63,852 nt of DNA. Source: Oculina patagonica. Its lineage: Eukaryota. A program made the translations under genes and the position numbers. The stretch spans positions 17,174,149 through 17,238,000 of the forward strand of contig NC_135770.1 of assembly GCF_052425735.1 (NCBI RefSeq). The letters run 5' to 3'. Positions 12,036 through 23,663 of the stretch are shown here, piece after piece (position 1 is the first letter of the stretch; each line of letters opens with the position of its first letter). A model generated the notes under the pieces. It did not search any database. It saw only the letters and a list, made by a program, of their open reading frames with translations, and was not told where the DNA came from.

Positions 12036-14228
12036 TTCATCATTCTTTAATACTCATGTTGTATTCCTTAAAAATAAATCTAAAAAGTTGTTAGTTTGTA
12101 TGTTAATGTCGATAATGTGTTGGCTTTAATTTTGAAGATTTATGACTTGGTGATGGAAAATGTCAAGTACTTTTAAGAGTTGCTGTCAAAAGTACTTAAT
12201 GCGTTTGCAAATTAAAACTACTGAGTAGTAAGGAAGTAATAAATCTAGATTTAAAACATGCTGCATGCCTTTGGCCTTAAACGCGTTTTTTTTTCTAAAT
12301 TGTGTGCCGGCGAAAGATGAGTTTGCATGCGCGCTTTAAAAAATTGTAACAAAGGTTTTCAAATTGATCAGGTGTTCTTGAATATAAGAAGAAATCGCTT
12401 TTTCGCAAAAGCTAAAATGTGGAAAAGACCAGATGTTTTTCGAAATATAAATTTGACAACTTCAAAGTAGCCCACCTTGCAAACAATTTAATATTTAATG
12501 TTACCAGAAATGCAAATGTATGACGTCACAACTCCAAAGGGTTTAACCTGTCAATCAAAAGTTCATCAAATATGGAAACCAAATTAAGTGCTCATAAAAA
12601 CCATATATAGTTTACATGCTTTCAATTCTTTGTTATACTTTCAATGCCAGTGACAACTTGCTACCTTAGTCGAAAGCTCGCAAATTACTTTAAGGTTACT
12701 ATTAATTGCTAACGGCTACTAATTTAATAGCTGGGCGAAAATCGCTCAATGAAGTACTCGCTGAAATTTGTCTCGGTCAAATTTAATACTCGTTAAGTTC
12801 AAGTAAACGGAACATGCGGAACACTACTTTTTGGTTCACTGGTTCACACCACAACGAGTCATACCGGTGCGAGTTCTTTAACGAAAACTCGATCCAGTAC
12901 CATGTAAACAATGAACGGTATGAAATAAGTCTCTTGGTAGACTGGAATTGCTGGTTTTCACTGTCACGCAATCAAAAAATAAATTCGAAACCATTCAACT
13001 ACAGAAGCTACGAATTTCAAATATTATAGACGATAAAAAGATAAACAGTTTCAGGTCTGTGCGGTGTACCGTTCGCGAGTTATTTGCCGAACCTTTCCAC
13101 GCAAATTTATAAAGCTTAGTATGGAGATGCCATAACTGTGTCCTTCCGAGGGACACAAATATGGCCGCCGTGATGTCAGAGAAACCATCTTGAACTCAAT
13201 TCTGTTTACAACAGCGGCTATCCTTGGCTTAAGAGCTAGTACAGTTTCACATAAACACCACTTATTATATCTGAAATGTTCAATCTGCTGAAAATGGAAA
13301 GGAAAGGCCTTTTTTTGTCACGGCACTCAGCTTGATGTCACATACGACGGAAAACTCAAATATTCAAAATGCTCTGTTTAAAAAACGAATGACACTATCG
13401 ATCTGGAAATTTGCAAAAAAGATATATTTTTAGTTTATCTTACGTCTAATGACAACGAAAATTTAGAAGGCCTAGTGAATTTTGATTTCAGAATTTTATG
13501 ACGTAACATGAAAACCAAGAATAGGTACGCATGCGTAGTTTGCGCCATCATATCCAAGATGAACTCCATATTTGGGATGGACATGCGAATTTTATCAGTG
13601 TAAATTGTCTCTTTATGCCGGTAAACGCGTTATGACTGAATTACGCACTCCCACACCGGTATGGAACTCCCACCGACTCGAGTTTTTACGTGTAAACACA
13701 CTGAGACACAGTGTTTATTTTGCAATAACGTAGGCCATACAATTTGGTCGACCATACAAGTTAATAGGCAGCTTTAACATTGGAGTTTGTTTCTGATGTA
13801 GAGATTGCTAACCGCATGGAATAACCTGTAGATAATGATTGCAGTCTGAGGACCTTTGAGGGTTTTTATGATATGCAGAACAACCAATTTCGTGTAAGCG
13901 TTGTCACCCGAATTTGAAGACTGTGGCTGATTACCGAGATCTTTCACTTGTTATCCGGCATCCCAGAACAAACCATATTCACGATAGCCGTCATGATGTT
14001 TTTTTTAATCAAGCAACTAGCCATGTTACTATAAAAAAATAAACATTGCGATAGATGAAAGGGTCATTCCCGAAACGGTATAGTACTAAAACACGAAGTG
14101 TAACAGCATCTTATTATTATTTTTCAAACTAGCCATGTTCTGTTCAAAATTATGCCGTTTCTCGGAAAACTGTCTCGTCAAAATGGTGAAGTATCTGTGC
14201 CAAAATCATGATTTTGTTATAAGGAATA

Positions 14229-14802
14229 CGTAGAATCCCGATTTCTCGAGCCCACGGTTTCTCGAAACTTCCGATTTGGCGAACCAATTTTCGTTTCCCT
14301 TGGAAAGAACTTCTCTTTATTTTTACCCCCGATTTCTCGAATCTCCCGAATTATCGAAGCGATTTAGTTTTTAAGTTCGAGAAATCGGGATTCTACTGTA
14401 TATGTGTACAAAGCAATCGTCTGCTATCTTGCAGGGTGTTAAACACCGACACCGCCTATGAAGTAAATACAGTAAAATCCCGATTTTTCGACCCTCCAGG
14501 GCATACGAAAATTGCTTCGATAATTCGGAAGGTTCGAAAAAATCGGTTGTAACATTAAAGAGAAGTTCTTTCCAAGGGAAACGAAAATTGGTTCGCAAAA
14601 TCAGAAGTTACGAGAAACCGAGGGTCCGAGATATCGCGATTTTACCTTATAACGAAAACATTATTCCACTTGTAGACGATTGCTTTGTACACATATACAT
14701 TAGAATCCCGATTTTTATGAACCTCCAGAGGGAAACGAAAGTTGCTTCAAGAAATCGAAAGTTTCGAGAAACCGAGGGTTCGAGAAATCTGGATTCTACT
14801 GT
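14229..14802. mobile_element. Cluster of related TA-CAGTAGAATCC MITEs
   Basis: Copies at ~14229-14400, ~14468-14650 and ~14700-14802 share (ca)gtagaatcccgatttctcga / tcgagaaatcgggattctactgta ends. Further copies lie at ~20128-20304 and ~35795-35882. Confidence 0.75.
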
Positions 14803-15015
14803 AAATGCAATTTTTAGTTTAAATTAACATGGACCATTCACTCATAGCAAACGCCGGGAAGTCGAAACTCTCGCTTTTGTTTTCGAAAGTGACGACACAC
14901 AGAAAACGAAAATCGAACTCCGTTTTCCAGTTAGTATGTAGTTTATTCAGAAAAAAACTTCTCACTTAAGTACAAATTTTAACGGTAAAGCTACAGATCA
15001 CCTAATTGCAGAACA

Positions 15016-15942
15016 ATGGCGATAACAAACATAACTGGAGAAGACAGCAATACTGAAACATTCGATGAACTACGATGTTCGGCCGTTTTGACAGAGGGAA
15101 TGCACGTACACTTGATATATCTATCAGCACTCAACATTTTTCTATCCATTACTGCATTTCTTGGGAATACTCTGATCCTTGTTGCCCTTCGCAAGGAGTC
15201 TTCCCTTCATCCGCCGTCCAAACTTTTGCTTCGTTGTCTGACAACAACTGACCTCTGCGTTGGTCTTATTTCTGAGCCTCTCACTGTTGTCCGTTGGATA
15301 TCTATTGTTAACGAAGACTGGAATCTTTGTCGATATTCATTTGCCTCTTACTTCATCTTGGGCTATACCTTAGCTTCAGTTTCTTTGATGACACTTACTG
15401 CTATAAGCGTGGACAGACTTCTCGCCCTAGTTTTGGGGCTGAGATACAAACAAATTGTGACTTTGAAGCGAACATACGTGATTGTGGTTACCTTTTGGCT
15501 TGTGTCCACTGTCGCTGCGTCATTGTACCGTATTAATCACCTTATTGCATATTGGTATGCCAATATGACGATATTATTATGTCTGTTAACCTCAATCATT
15601 TGCTACACAAAGATTTTCCTAACACTCCGTCATCATCAAACTCAAGTTCAACGGGAACAACCGAACCAAGCACTGAACATAGCGCGATACAGAAAGGCAG
15701 TGTTCAGTGCAATATGGTTGCAGTTGACATTAATTGTTTGTTATCTACCATACGGAATCATGGCAGCTCTTGTCACAAGACGCATACTATCTTCATCCAA
15801 TCTTTTTGTGTTGGAGTTTGCAGTGACTCTGGTATACTTAAACTCATCGTTAAACCCACTTCTTTATTGCTGGAAGATCAGCGAAGTAAAACAAGCAGTA
15901 AAGCAAACAATCAGAGACGCACTTTGCTGTCTATCGAGTTAA
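15016..15942 (+). CDS. Class A 7TM GPCR, copy 3
   Basis: 308-aa ORF with the same motifs (GNTL, TDLCVG, SVDRL, CYLP, NSSLNPLLY). Confidence 0.93.
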   Translation: MAITNITGEDSNTETFDELRCSAVLTEGMHVHLIYLSALNIFLSITAFLGNTLILVALRKESSLHPPSKLLLRCLTTTDLCVGLISEPLTVVRWISIVNEDWNLCRYSFASYFILGYTLASVSLMTLTAISVDRLLALVLGLRYKQIVTLKRTYVIVVTFWLVSTVAASLYRINHLIAYWYANMTILLCLLTSIICYTKIFLTLRHHQTQVQREQPNQALNIARYRKAVFSAIWLQLTLIVCYLPYGIMAALVTRRILSSSNLFVLEFAVTLVYLNSSLNPLLYCWKISEVKQAVKQTIRDALCCLSS

Positions 15943-17109
15943 TTTGTTGTACAGCAGCAGATTTTTTATCTCTTTTCAAAGTAGGGCTAAAACTGAAGGA
16001 AGCTCAGAAAGATTTATCATCGGATTATAATTGACAGAACAAATGAAATTGTCATCGGATTATAATTGTTAGTTTCGTCAGTTTCACTGGGACGAGCAGG
16101 GCTAGGCTTAAAAAACCACGTCACAAAAACTGTTTGTTTAAAAAGCCATCGTTTTTGAGTTCACAGTGAAATAAATGATAAATTTAAGGATGTATTATAA
16201 TATCTACAATATAAAATCTCGCACTATGAGTTTTACTTTTCAAGCGGGTTCGAAAGTGTTGCTGAGGAGAATAATTTATTAGTTCTTTTTTTAGTTAAGC
16301 TTCTTTTAAGTCGTTCTTCCAGCTGTCTGTAGTACTTGTTCGTGTTTGATGATAGAAACCGATTTGAGAACATCTTATGAGAGTTCTATGGATAGTACAG
16401 TACTGGGAAGTTTACGTTATAACACTAACGGTGAATATTTTAGAAATTTCTAGCGAAAAGTTAAGGAAGGTCAATCGTTGCAGAGAAAGGTTTCTAACCA
16501 TCATATTTTGAAAAGCCGGCAGACCTCTCACAGATAAGCTTTCAGCACATGCTTATTCCATAAAGAATCATTTAAGATTTTTAAATCACGGCCATATTGA
16601 CAAGACACGTGATCAGAACAAAAAAAAAAAATGAAAAAAAACTAAAATTCTAACGGCATGTAGATTTGGAAATTAAAATCAGTGTCTTAGATAAAGAACG
16701 TCCACATGCTTAATTTGACGTATCGTTTTATGAAATTGTTAATAAAAAATGTAAATGTTGTTTATAGTGGTTATGCACTTCGCATTATTATTTCCAAAAT
16801 TGAACAAGCATGTAGTCCGGTTACATATTAATTATATAGCTTGTAGTCAGTCAATCCAGCATAAACAATAAACTTATGTCCAGAACGGGAAAAGCATTCA
16901 ACAATAGTAGGCATAACACAGCCCATGCAACTCACTCAGAGTATTGTCTTCACAAATAAAACAAACAAAACAGTGCAATTTTATTCACCTGAGTTTGCGA
17001 AGCTTGCTACAAAGTGAGTGAAAACACTGCATCGATCAATTAAAGTCGTAAACAAAGTGTCCGAAGAGCTTTACAACTTCTTGAATCTGACATACTTCTT
17101 TCCACTATA

Positions 17110-17403
17110 TCGTTCGTACTTCATCGCCGTCTTTTCTTTTCGAATTTCAGCAAAAAACGACAAAGAATTGCATCTAGCTCATGGCGATGAATATCTGACA
17201 GATTTCTTGCTTCGCTTCGCTGCACTTACGTTCACCCAAGTTTTGTACTATTGGAGGTGTTTTGCTCTTGGTTTTTGCTTCTTAGTGTAGCTAGCTCCTC
17301 TCAGTTCTGACAACGTAGAAAATTTCTCTTTGTTGTTACTATTGCTGAAAAGCTCAAAAGGAATAGAAAAACGTAGCAAACTTGCCTTATAAAATTCCGC
17401 CAT
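17110..17403 (-). mobile_element. Crypton-like (DUF3504 tyrosine recombinase) N-terminal remnant
   Basis: The minus strand reads, with frameshifts, KFSTLS..ELATLRSKNQ.NTSNSTKTWVN...HELDAILCRFFAEIRK, typical of CryptonA/ZMYM/KCTD1-type N-termini. Confidence 0.55.
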
Positions 17404-17739
17404 TGTCGACTAAAACAGGACAAGTTTACAGGGCTGACGCTATGCTTTGTGCTAATTGGCTAATATCCGTCACATGTTGTTTTTCTTCGATTTGATTGGC
17501 TGAGACGAAACTGTCCAATTTTTCTTAAATTGGACAGATTGTGAATTTTACCTGAAAGTCCTAATTGAAACTATCCAAATTTAATCCCAAATTGGACAGT
17601 TCCCAGAAATTAAGGAAAAATAGCTGCGCTGACAATATAGGATTTACTGACGGCTATATAATTAGGGTAAAAATTAAGACGAGGCAAGTGCCTCGTCTTG
17701 CCTCTGGCTAGTTAGCTTAAAGCAGCAAATAAATCGTAG

Positions 17740-19195
17740 AAAGGCAATGTAAATAAAAAACTCATTACCTTAGAGAAATCAGAAAACAAAGCAACATTAT
17801 TAGTTGTTCAGCAATTCTTTTTTTAGATTTTCTTTGAATTTTACAAAAGAGGTTGACTTCATATCGTTCCCAAGGGAGTTCTATTCTTTTGGGCCTTGAA
17901 AGTGAATGTTAAATATTCCATAGTTAGTTTTAGCTCGAGGCAGATAACACGATTGATTTGCTGCACCTTTTGTATTGTAGCTATGAATGTTAATCATTGA
18001 ATTAAAAAAAGTGTCAAAATGGAAAGGCAATAAGTTGTTATGATATTTATACATAAAAATTGCAATATGTAATGTAACAACATCAGAGAGCGTAATTATT
18101 TTTTAGTAGTCTAAACAGTGGGGTGAATGTTCATCAAATGAGGAAAAAGGAATGATTCGCACTGTTTTTTTTCTGTAAAATACATGTATATAAACGCTGG
18201 AGTGTGGTGGGGTATCTATTACACCAAATAATTATACCATACATGTAAGTCAGAAATGAGTGTTAAATAATTAGTCATATGCAATGTGTGGATTCCAGGA
18301 TAGAACTCCGAGGTATTTAATGCAGGAATCTTGTTGCAACTGTTTCCCATTTAATATTAGGTGAAAATTGAATGTTACTTTCCTTTGAGGCGGATGAAAA
18401 ATTACAAAGCTAGTTTTATCTATGTAAAGAGAAAATGTGTTAGCACAAAGCATACAGGAATTGACATTAGAAAGCTCATTATTAATACAAGCCCGTAAAG
18501 GGATGAGGTTTTTATGTTTGCAGAATAAATCAATGTCATCAGCGAATGATGAAAATCAAATAAATTAGAACAATGGTAAAAGTCATTTAAATATAACAAA
18601 AAAGAAACGGTCAAAAGACCGACCCATGAGGGACACCGCAGGAAATATTAGGAGGAAAAGAAGTTGCACCATCAACAGTAACTGTTTGCAGACGATTTGC
18701 AAGACGTCATTATGAGCTGAACCAACTTTTTGCAATACCACGTATGCCATAGAACTCAAGTTTTTTTTAAAACAATATTTCTTGATTGATGGTGTCAAAT
18801 GCCTTACTGAAATCTAAACATATACCACAAGAGAAATCCCTCTCATCAATTACCCTTTGGCTCAGAATTTTATCAACAATACTAAGAATAGTATGATCAG
18901 TGGAATGCTGGGCCCAAAAAACCATATTGATTATCAAAGAATACTTTTTTTTCTTTTCAAGGAAATCAACCAATCTATTGCACATACCCTTTTCAAGCAA
19001 CTTACTAAATACAGAAAAGAAGGAGATCGGTCGATAATATGATAAACTAGATTGGGATCCCTTTTTGTAAACTGGAATTATATTTGCTAATTTAAAATTA
19101 TCTGGCACTTTACCAGTCTCGAATGAGACATTGAACAAAATCTCTAAAGGTTTGGATATTACAGTTTTCAAAAGTTTGATAATAGTGACAGGAAT
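17740..19195 (-). mobile_element. Decayed non-LTR retrotransposon (CR1/L2 group) RT region
   Basis: Fragments VPDNFKLANIIPVYKKG, YRPIS, GICLDFSKAFDT, HHSLMT (a frameshifted FADD-like region), IKYLGV and a WN.LP-type C-terminus, with many frameshifts. Confidence 0.85.
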
Positions 19196-19923
19196 AAAAG
19201 GATGACAGAATACTAAAAGAAAAAAGCTTTGAAGCTTTCAGTTGAACGCTTGAAGTTGTCTGAGTTGTTTAACTAGTTTCAACTGTTTTCCATCCCGTTT
19301 CCCGCCCGAAAAAAGCAAGAATTCCCTCGTCTCGCTATGAACTGATATCCAACCTCCCTCTTCCTGCCGACCCCTTACAGCCCCGCATCCCGCCTATATA
19401 TTTCTTTTCATTCCGCATCCCGCCAGCGAAAAAAGTCTCACCCTACATCCCGCCAACCCTATGTTAGACCCTCAATCCTGTGTGGATCAAACATATTTTT
19501 AACTTTCTGTATGGCGTTCTGCTTGCATTGTCTTTGCTTGATAATATTTGAAGTGGTACAATAATTAATGGTCTGCGAGATACGTCAACAAGGCCATAAG
19601 GAATCTTGTTTAGCCTGTTCCAGGCATTCGGTTAGTTGTGGAGCAGTGTGGAAAACGGGATGTGCGCGAAGAACCGGCAGTAAGTGGAAAAATGGCGAGG
19701 GGTTTACTCGCTGTTCTACGCGCGGCTTCAAAACTAGAAGCTGGCCAGAAGTGGCCTACTAATTAGGAACACTTATGGCCTAATATATATGCTGATTAAC
19801 AATTGTCAATCAAAAAGCCTTTTGAACAAAATAATCCAACGACTTATCGGAATTTGGCAGAATAAAATGATTTAGTTTTCACTCTTTGAAGATAGTCCCC
19901 CTTTAAGCATACACTCCCTGCCT
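18170..19923 (+). repeat. Segmental duplication, copy A (paralog at ~50390-51828)
   Basis: Colinear similarity over the LINE remnant, the catcccgcc-rich block and the block starting atggtctgcgagatacg, ending at ...actccctgcct. Confidence 0.9.
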
Positions 19924-21162
19924 CCTAACTAATGGGTGAATGCTAGATCCAAAATCTCTTATAGATACTACTGACAATCAGGAACATGTGTTTTATTCCC
20001 ATCAGGAACTTGTGGTGCCAAGATTTCCACACATGGTGTAAGGCCACAAGCGATAACACAAGAACGGAGGATGTCTTTCCCACCCTGATCTGTAAAGCTC
20101 ATACCTACCCCTGTTAAGAGACTTCCAGTACAGTAGAATCCCAATTTCTCGAACCCTCGGTTTCTCGGAGCAATTAACACCCAATTTCTCGAGCCAATTT
20201 TCGTTCCCCTAGTGAATAGTAGTTCTTTGTAATTTTACTCCAATTTCTCGAGGTGCGCAATTTTCGTTTCCCCTGGAGGTTCGAGTAATCAGTTTTCTAC
20301 TGTAGTTCTTTGGTTATTCCTTGTTCACACCACCCTAATCATGTTAAGTTGACCCAGAAACCCATGGTTTCTGGTTGACCGAAAAGCGATTTTTAGGTTA
20401 AATATAACTTCCATTTGCGGATTCAATGAAGAGATTTTCAAATCAAGTAACCTCATACGGTAAGCAACTTTTATAAACGAGACAATTTTAAATCGAGTTC
20501 AACTGAACAGCATATTACCTGTTTAAGATTTAAAGTGAACGAGTCAAAAGCAGTTGAGAGCCGGAGCAAACAAGAGAAAAAATATCAAACAAGTCAATGA
20601 TGTAAAAATTGAGAAATACTCAATTTCCGTTACCAAGCTCGAGTACTCTACCTTTCAATTTGGCTTCACAACAGAGTATAAGAGTTTTGAGGTGATGTCC
20701 AGGGATGATGTAAATTCCAAATTATAAATCGATATGTAAATAGTTTTAAAAAATTGTACATATATGTTTTGTATTTTATATTTCCGAAAGAAATGTAATT
20801 TAAATGTGTAGTGAAAAACACGTTTGTTACACTGAGAAGGTTTAAAGAAAATTTAATCACTCAACAGTTTCTCGCTGTTAAAAGATATGTTTAATATTGT
20901 TTTTTAAATCGTACACTCATTTCTAAAACCATACATTTGCGCAATTATTTGCGAGCTTTTAAAAAACTACAAAGAACACTACACATGATGCTATTTGTTT
21001 GAAAACAGCTTCTAAGTTACAGTTTTTCCTTACTTTACTCCATACGGGATTAAATGTCTTTAGATTTATGCAATCAGCCAAAAATGCTATTTTTTTATCC
21101 CTAACACCCACAGAAAAGTAAAACCGACACCGCGTCTTCCGTATATAAAGACTTATTCACAG

Positions 21163-22577
21163 TCAGTCAGACATGTAGCCACCAAACCACCAATTAGTGG
21201 TCTGATCGTCTCCCATGGTGCAACGGAAATTCCGGTTAACATTTCCGTAGAAACCAAAGTTGTCTTCACTGGTAACAGATCCTGCGTCAGGTTTGAAGGT
21301 ACAGCCAGTGGACTCTGTGCTACTGTGGAAGATCCAAGCGTTTGGTCTCTGCCAGAACTGTGCAGTGGTACCACTCCCTGCTGCATGTCCACGAATATTG
21401 ACGTAATCCACAGGTTTGCAATGACCACGACCAAGAAAGCTCATGATGTCAAAGTCGCTAAACTTGCCTCTGAGGTAATCTCTGTAATCAATCTTTTGTT
21501 TCATGATGTTAAAGCTGCAGGTTGCTCGCAAGTATGTGGATCGGCTGCGGAGGCTTTTCATTTGAGCCAGAGTCTGGCGGTAGATGTACCAGTTTGGAGT
21601 GTTGTGGTTGATTGGCGCGTCTTGTATAAAAGCCTTGGTCTGAAATTGCGGCAAACCTTTATATTCTCGGTACCAGGACATGACTAGGGTCCAGGCTGCT
21701 CCCGGCTCAGATGAGAGATCACAGTAAGCCACGTATCGCTTGTCTTGATCATCAAAAAGCCAGTAGAAGCCGTTCTCGAACCTGCCATGTTGCAGGTAGT
21801 GCAAACAGGATCGGGCCTTGACGTCGTTTACTTGTTAATGGATATCGTCAGGGATCTGTTATAAATAAATTTAGCATAAATGCTTTAGTTTTATTTAGTT
21901 ACAGTGAGTTACGAAATGGTTATAGTTAATGGAAAATGGCACAATGAGTTTTCAAAATACATTTAGATGACAAACTGTAACTACAGAACAAACAATGTTT
22001 ATGATACAATTCGAGCCCTAACATCCCTTTCTAGGTCAACCGCTACCCTGTGACCTCGTGGTTGATTAAGTGTGTGTTCCTTGTGTTGATCAAGACGTTT
22101 TATCTAGTCTTAAAACACGAATAAATCAATAGTCACTTCTTTTATATTTTGTTTTACGTCGTAGCGATTCGTTCGTGACTCATGATTTGTGTCCACCGTA
22201 ATTATCTAAATGAGTCGTGAAAAATTTAACTGCCGCGTAGTTGGCAGATCAAGAGTGGGGAAAACGGGGTGATTCGCGGGTCAGTCGCAGACATCCCTAG
22301 TTCTCTTTGCAGCTTGGCCAAGCAGAAGCACGGGGTAAAACAGCCAACGAAAAAACCTGGAGCGAAAAAACTGCGCTCAACCTAGCCCGCCAAGTTACTG
22401 AAATTTTAATAGAGACGAATAGCTTTAAGCTATAAGCACAACCGTGTATCTTTACTTTAACTTTACTTTTCAAAAACGCTTGTAAATGATTTCCATTCCG
22501 TTCTGAAATATACTCACAGATGATCTTATTTGACTCACGGCAGACAAAATCAGCAGACAAAACAGGCTCAGCTTCAT
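21163..22577 (-). pseudogene. Secreted fibrinogen-related-domain-like protein, copy 1; in-frame TAA early in exon 2
   Basis: Exon 22577-22518 encodes a signal peptide MKLSLFCLLILSAVSQIRSS and ends at a GTGAGT donor. Exon 21855-21163 follows ...taacAG and reads IPDDIH*QVNDVKARSCLHY...YCDLSSEPGAAWTLV...NWWFGG. The TAA at 21837-21835 aligns with TTG (Leu) in copy 2. Confidence 0.8.
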
Positions 22578-22773
22578 GATGGTTCTTCAAGAAAAATCAA
22601 CAACGCAGCCTATATGTGAGAAATATAAACAGACCTTATAAGGAAAAATAACAACACTCATAACTATTGTGGCTTTATATAAGGTGAATCGAGGCCTCTG
22701 AGTGAACGAAAAGGAAACGAGCTTGATAAAAAAGAGGGCTAAAGTGAATGATAAACAGTATGTGCCCGTTTCG

Positions 22774-23250
22774 TATAGGTAATCACATGATTTCGAGTGC
22801 AATTTGGGATAAATAAACACGAGTCAAGTTTCAAAGGCTAACAACTCGTAGGCCGGCGTAGGGCGAATGCAATTTATAGTCTTTGAAAAATTTACGAGTG
22901 CTTATTTATCCCAAATTGCACGAGAAAAATAATGTGATTACTTATTAATAATATTCATGAAAAATTGCGAGAAAATAACATGCGCAAATCTCGTACAAAA
23001 AATAATTTATTAAAAATCGGCAAATACCCGCGTTTTTTCAAAAGAAGGTGAAAGCCCAAACAACATACAGGTTTCTCAATGTTAAAAAAGTTTTTTAGCC
23101 GAAAAATCTTCCTAAACAGTCAAACAAATTGTCTGATAAAAGATTCTGGGTTCACTTCCTCCAGACATTTTCTTCTGCTTCTTATACTTGTCGAGCTTAG
23201 GCGCTTTCGAAGGCCAGCCGAGTGAAACTGTTTCGCTTTCCCTTCAATAG
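22774..23250. mobile_element. Non-autonomous repeat with a palindromic head
   Basis: ataggtaatcacatgatttcgagtgcaatttgggataaataaacac...gtgcttatttatcccaaattgcacgagaaaaataatgtgattacttat forms an inverted pair. The segment 23168-23250 recurs inverted at ~56480-56567. Confidence 0.6.
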
Positions 23251-23560
23251 AGATAGCGGAATTGAAATTCCTGAAGCATGGATACCTACGATCAGAAAGC
23301 ATAATAGCCGTTTAACTACAAAGCGGACCTATGAGGGAACATCATCTGTTAGTCGGAATAATAATGAGGATCGAAATGCACCAATCACAGCGAACCAACG
23401 TGCATAAATAGCGACGCGTAAACAATCGACCTCATCGCCTGATGAAGACTAGCAGTATTGCAGTCGAAACGTCGCGATCAACATCTCAAAGCGATTCTAT
23501 CGTGAGACAAACGAATAAACGTTCATTACCTATCTTACACCACGATGAACAATATTCACA
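23245..23560 (+). mobile_element. Penelope-like retroelement 3' end (pLTR)
   Basis: Encodes NRDSGIEIPEAWIPTIRKH, typical of the C-terminus after the GIY-YIG domain of PLEs. It is followed by a hammerhead motif and AATAAA at ~23514. Confidence 0.75.
23434..23478 (+). ncRNA. Minimal type I hammerhead ribozyme (Penelope-associated)
   Basis: ATCGC-CTGATGA-A-GACT(A)GCA gtat TGCAGTC-GAAAC-GTC^GCGAT: stem I is ATCGC/GCGAT, both core boxes are intact, stem II is present, and the GUC cleavage triplet sits in a very short palindromic stem III. Confidence 0.8.
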
Positions 23561-23663
23561 TCTTTAATGACAAAGGTTCTGTTCACTAAGTACAGTGTCT
23601 TTGAACAGGTGTTCAAGCGATGTAATCATTACTTTGAGGCTATCTGGTCCAACATCTTCGCCA

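Noticed and set aside
14050-14085. Second hammerhead-like motif (AGATGAAAGGG-tcatt-CCCGAAACGGT)
   Set aside because: The core lacks CUGA and no convincing stem I is visible; at most a decayed Penelope end.
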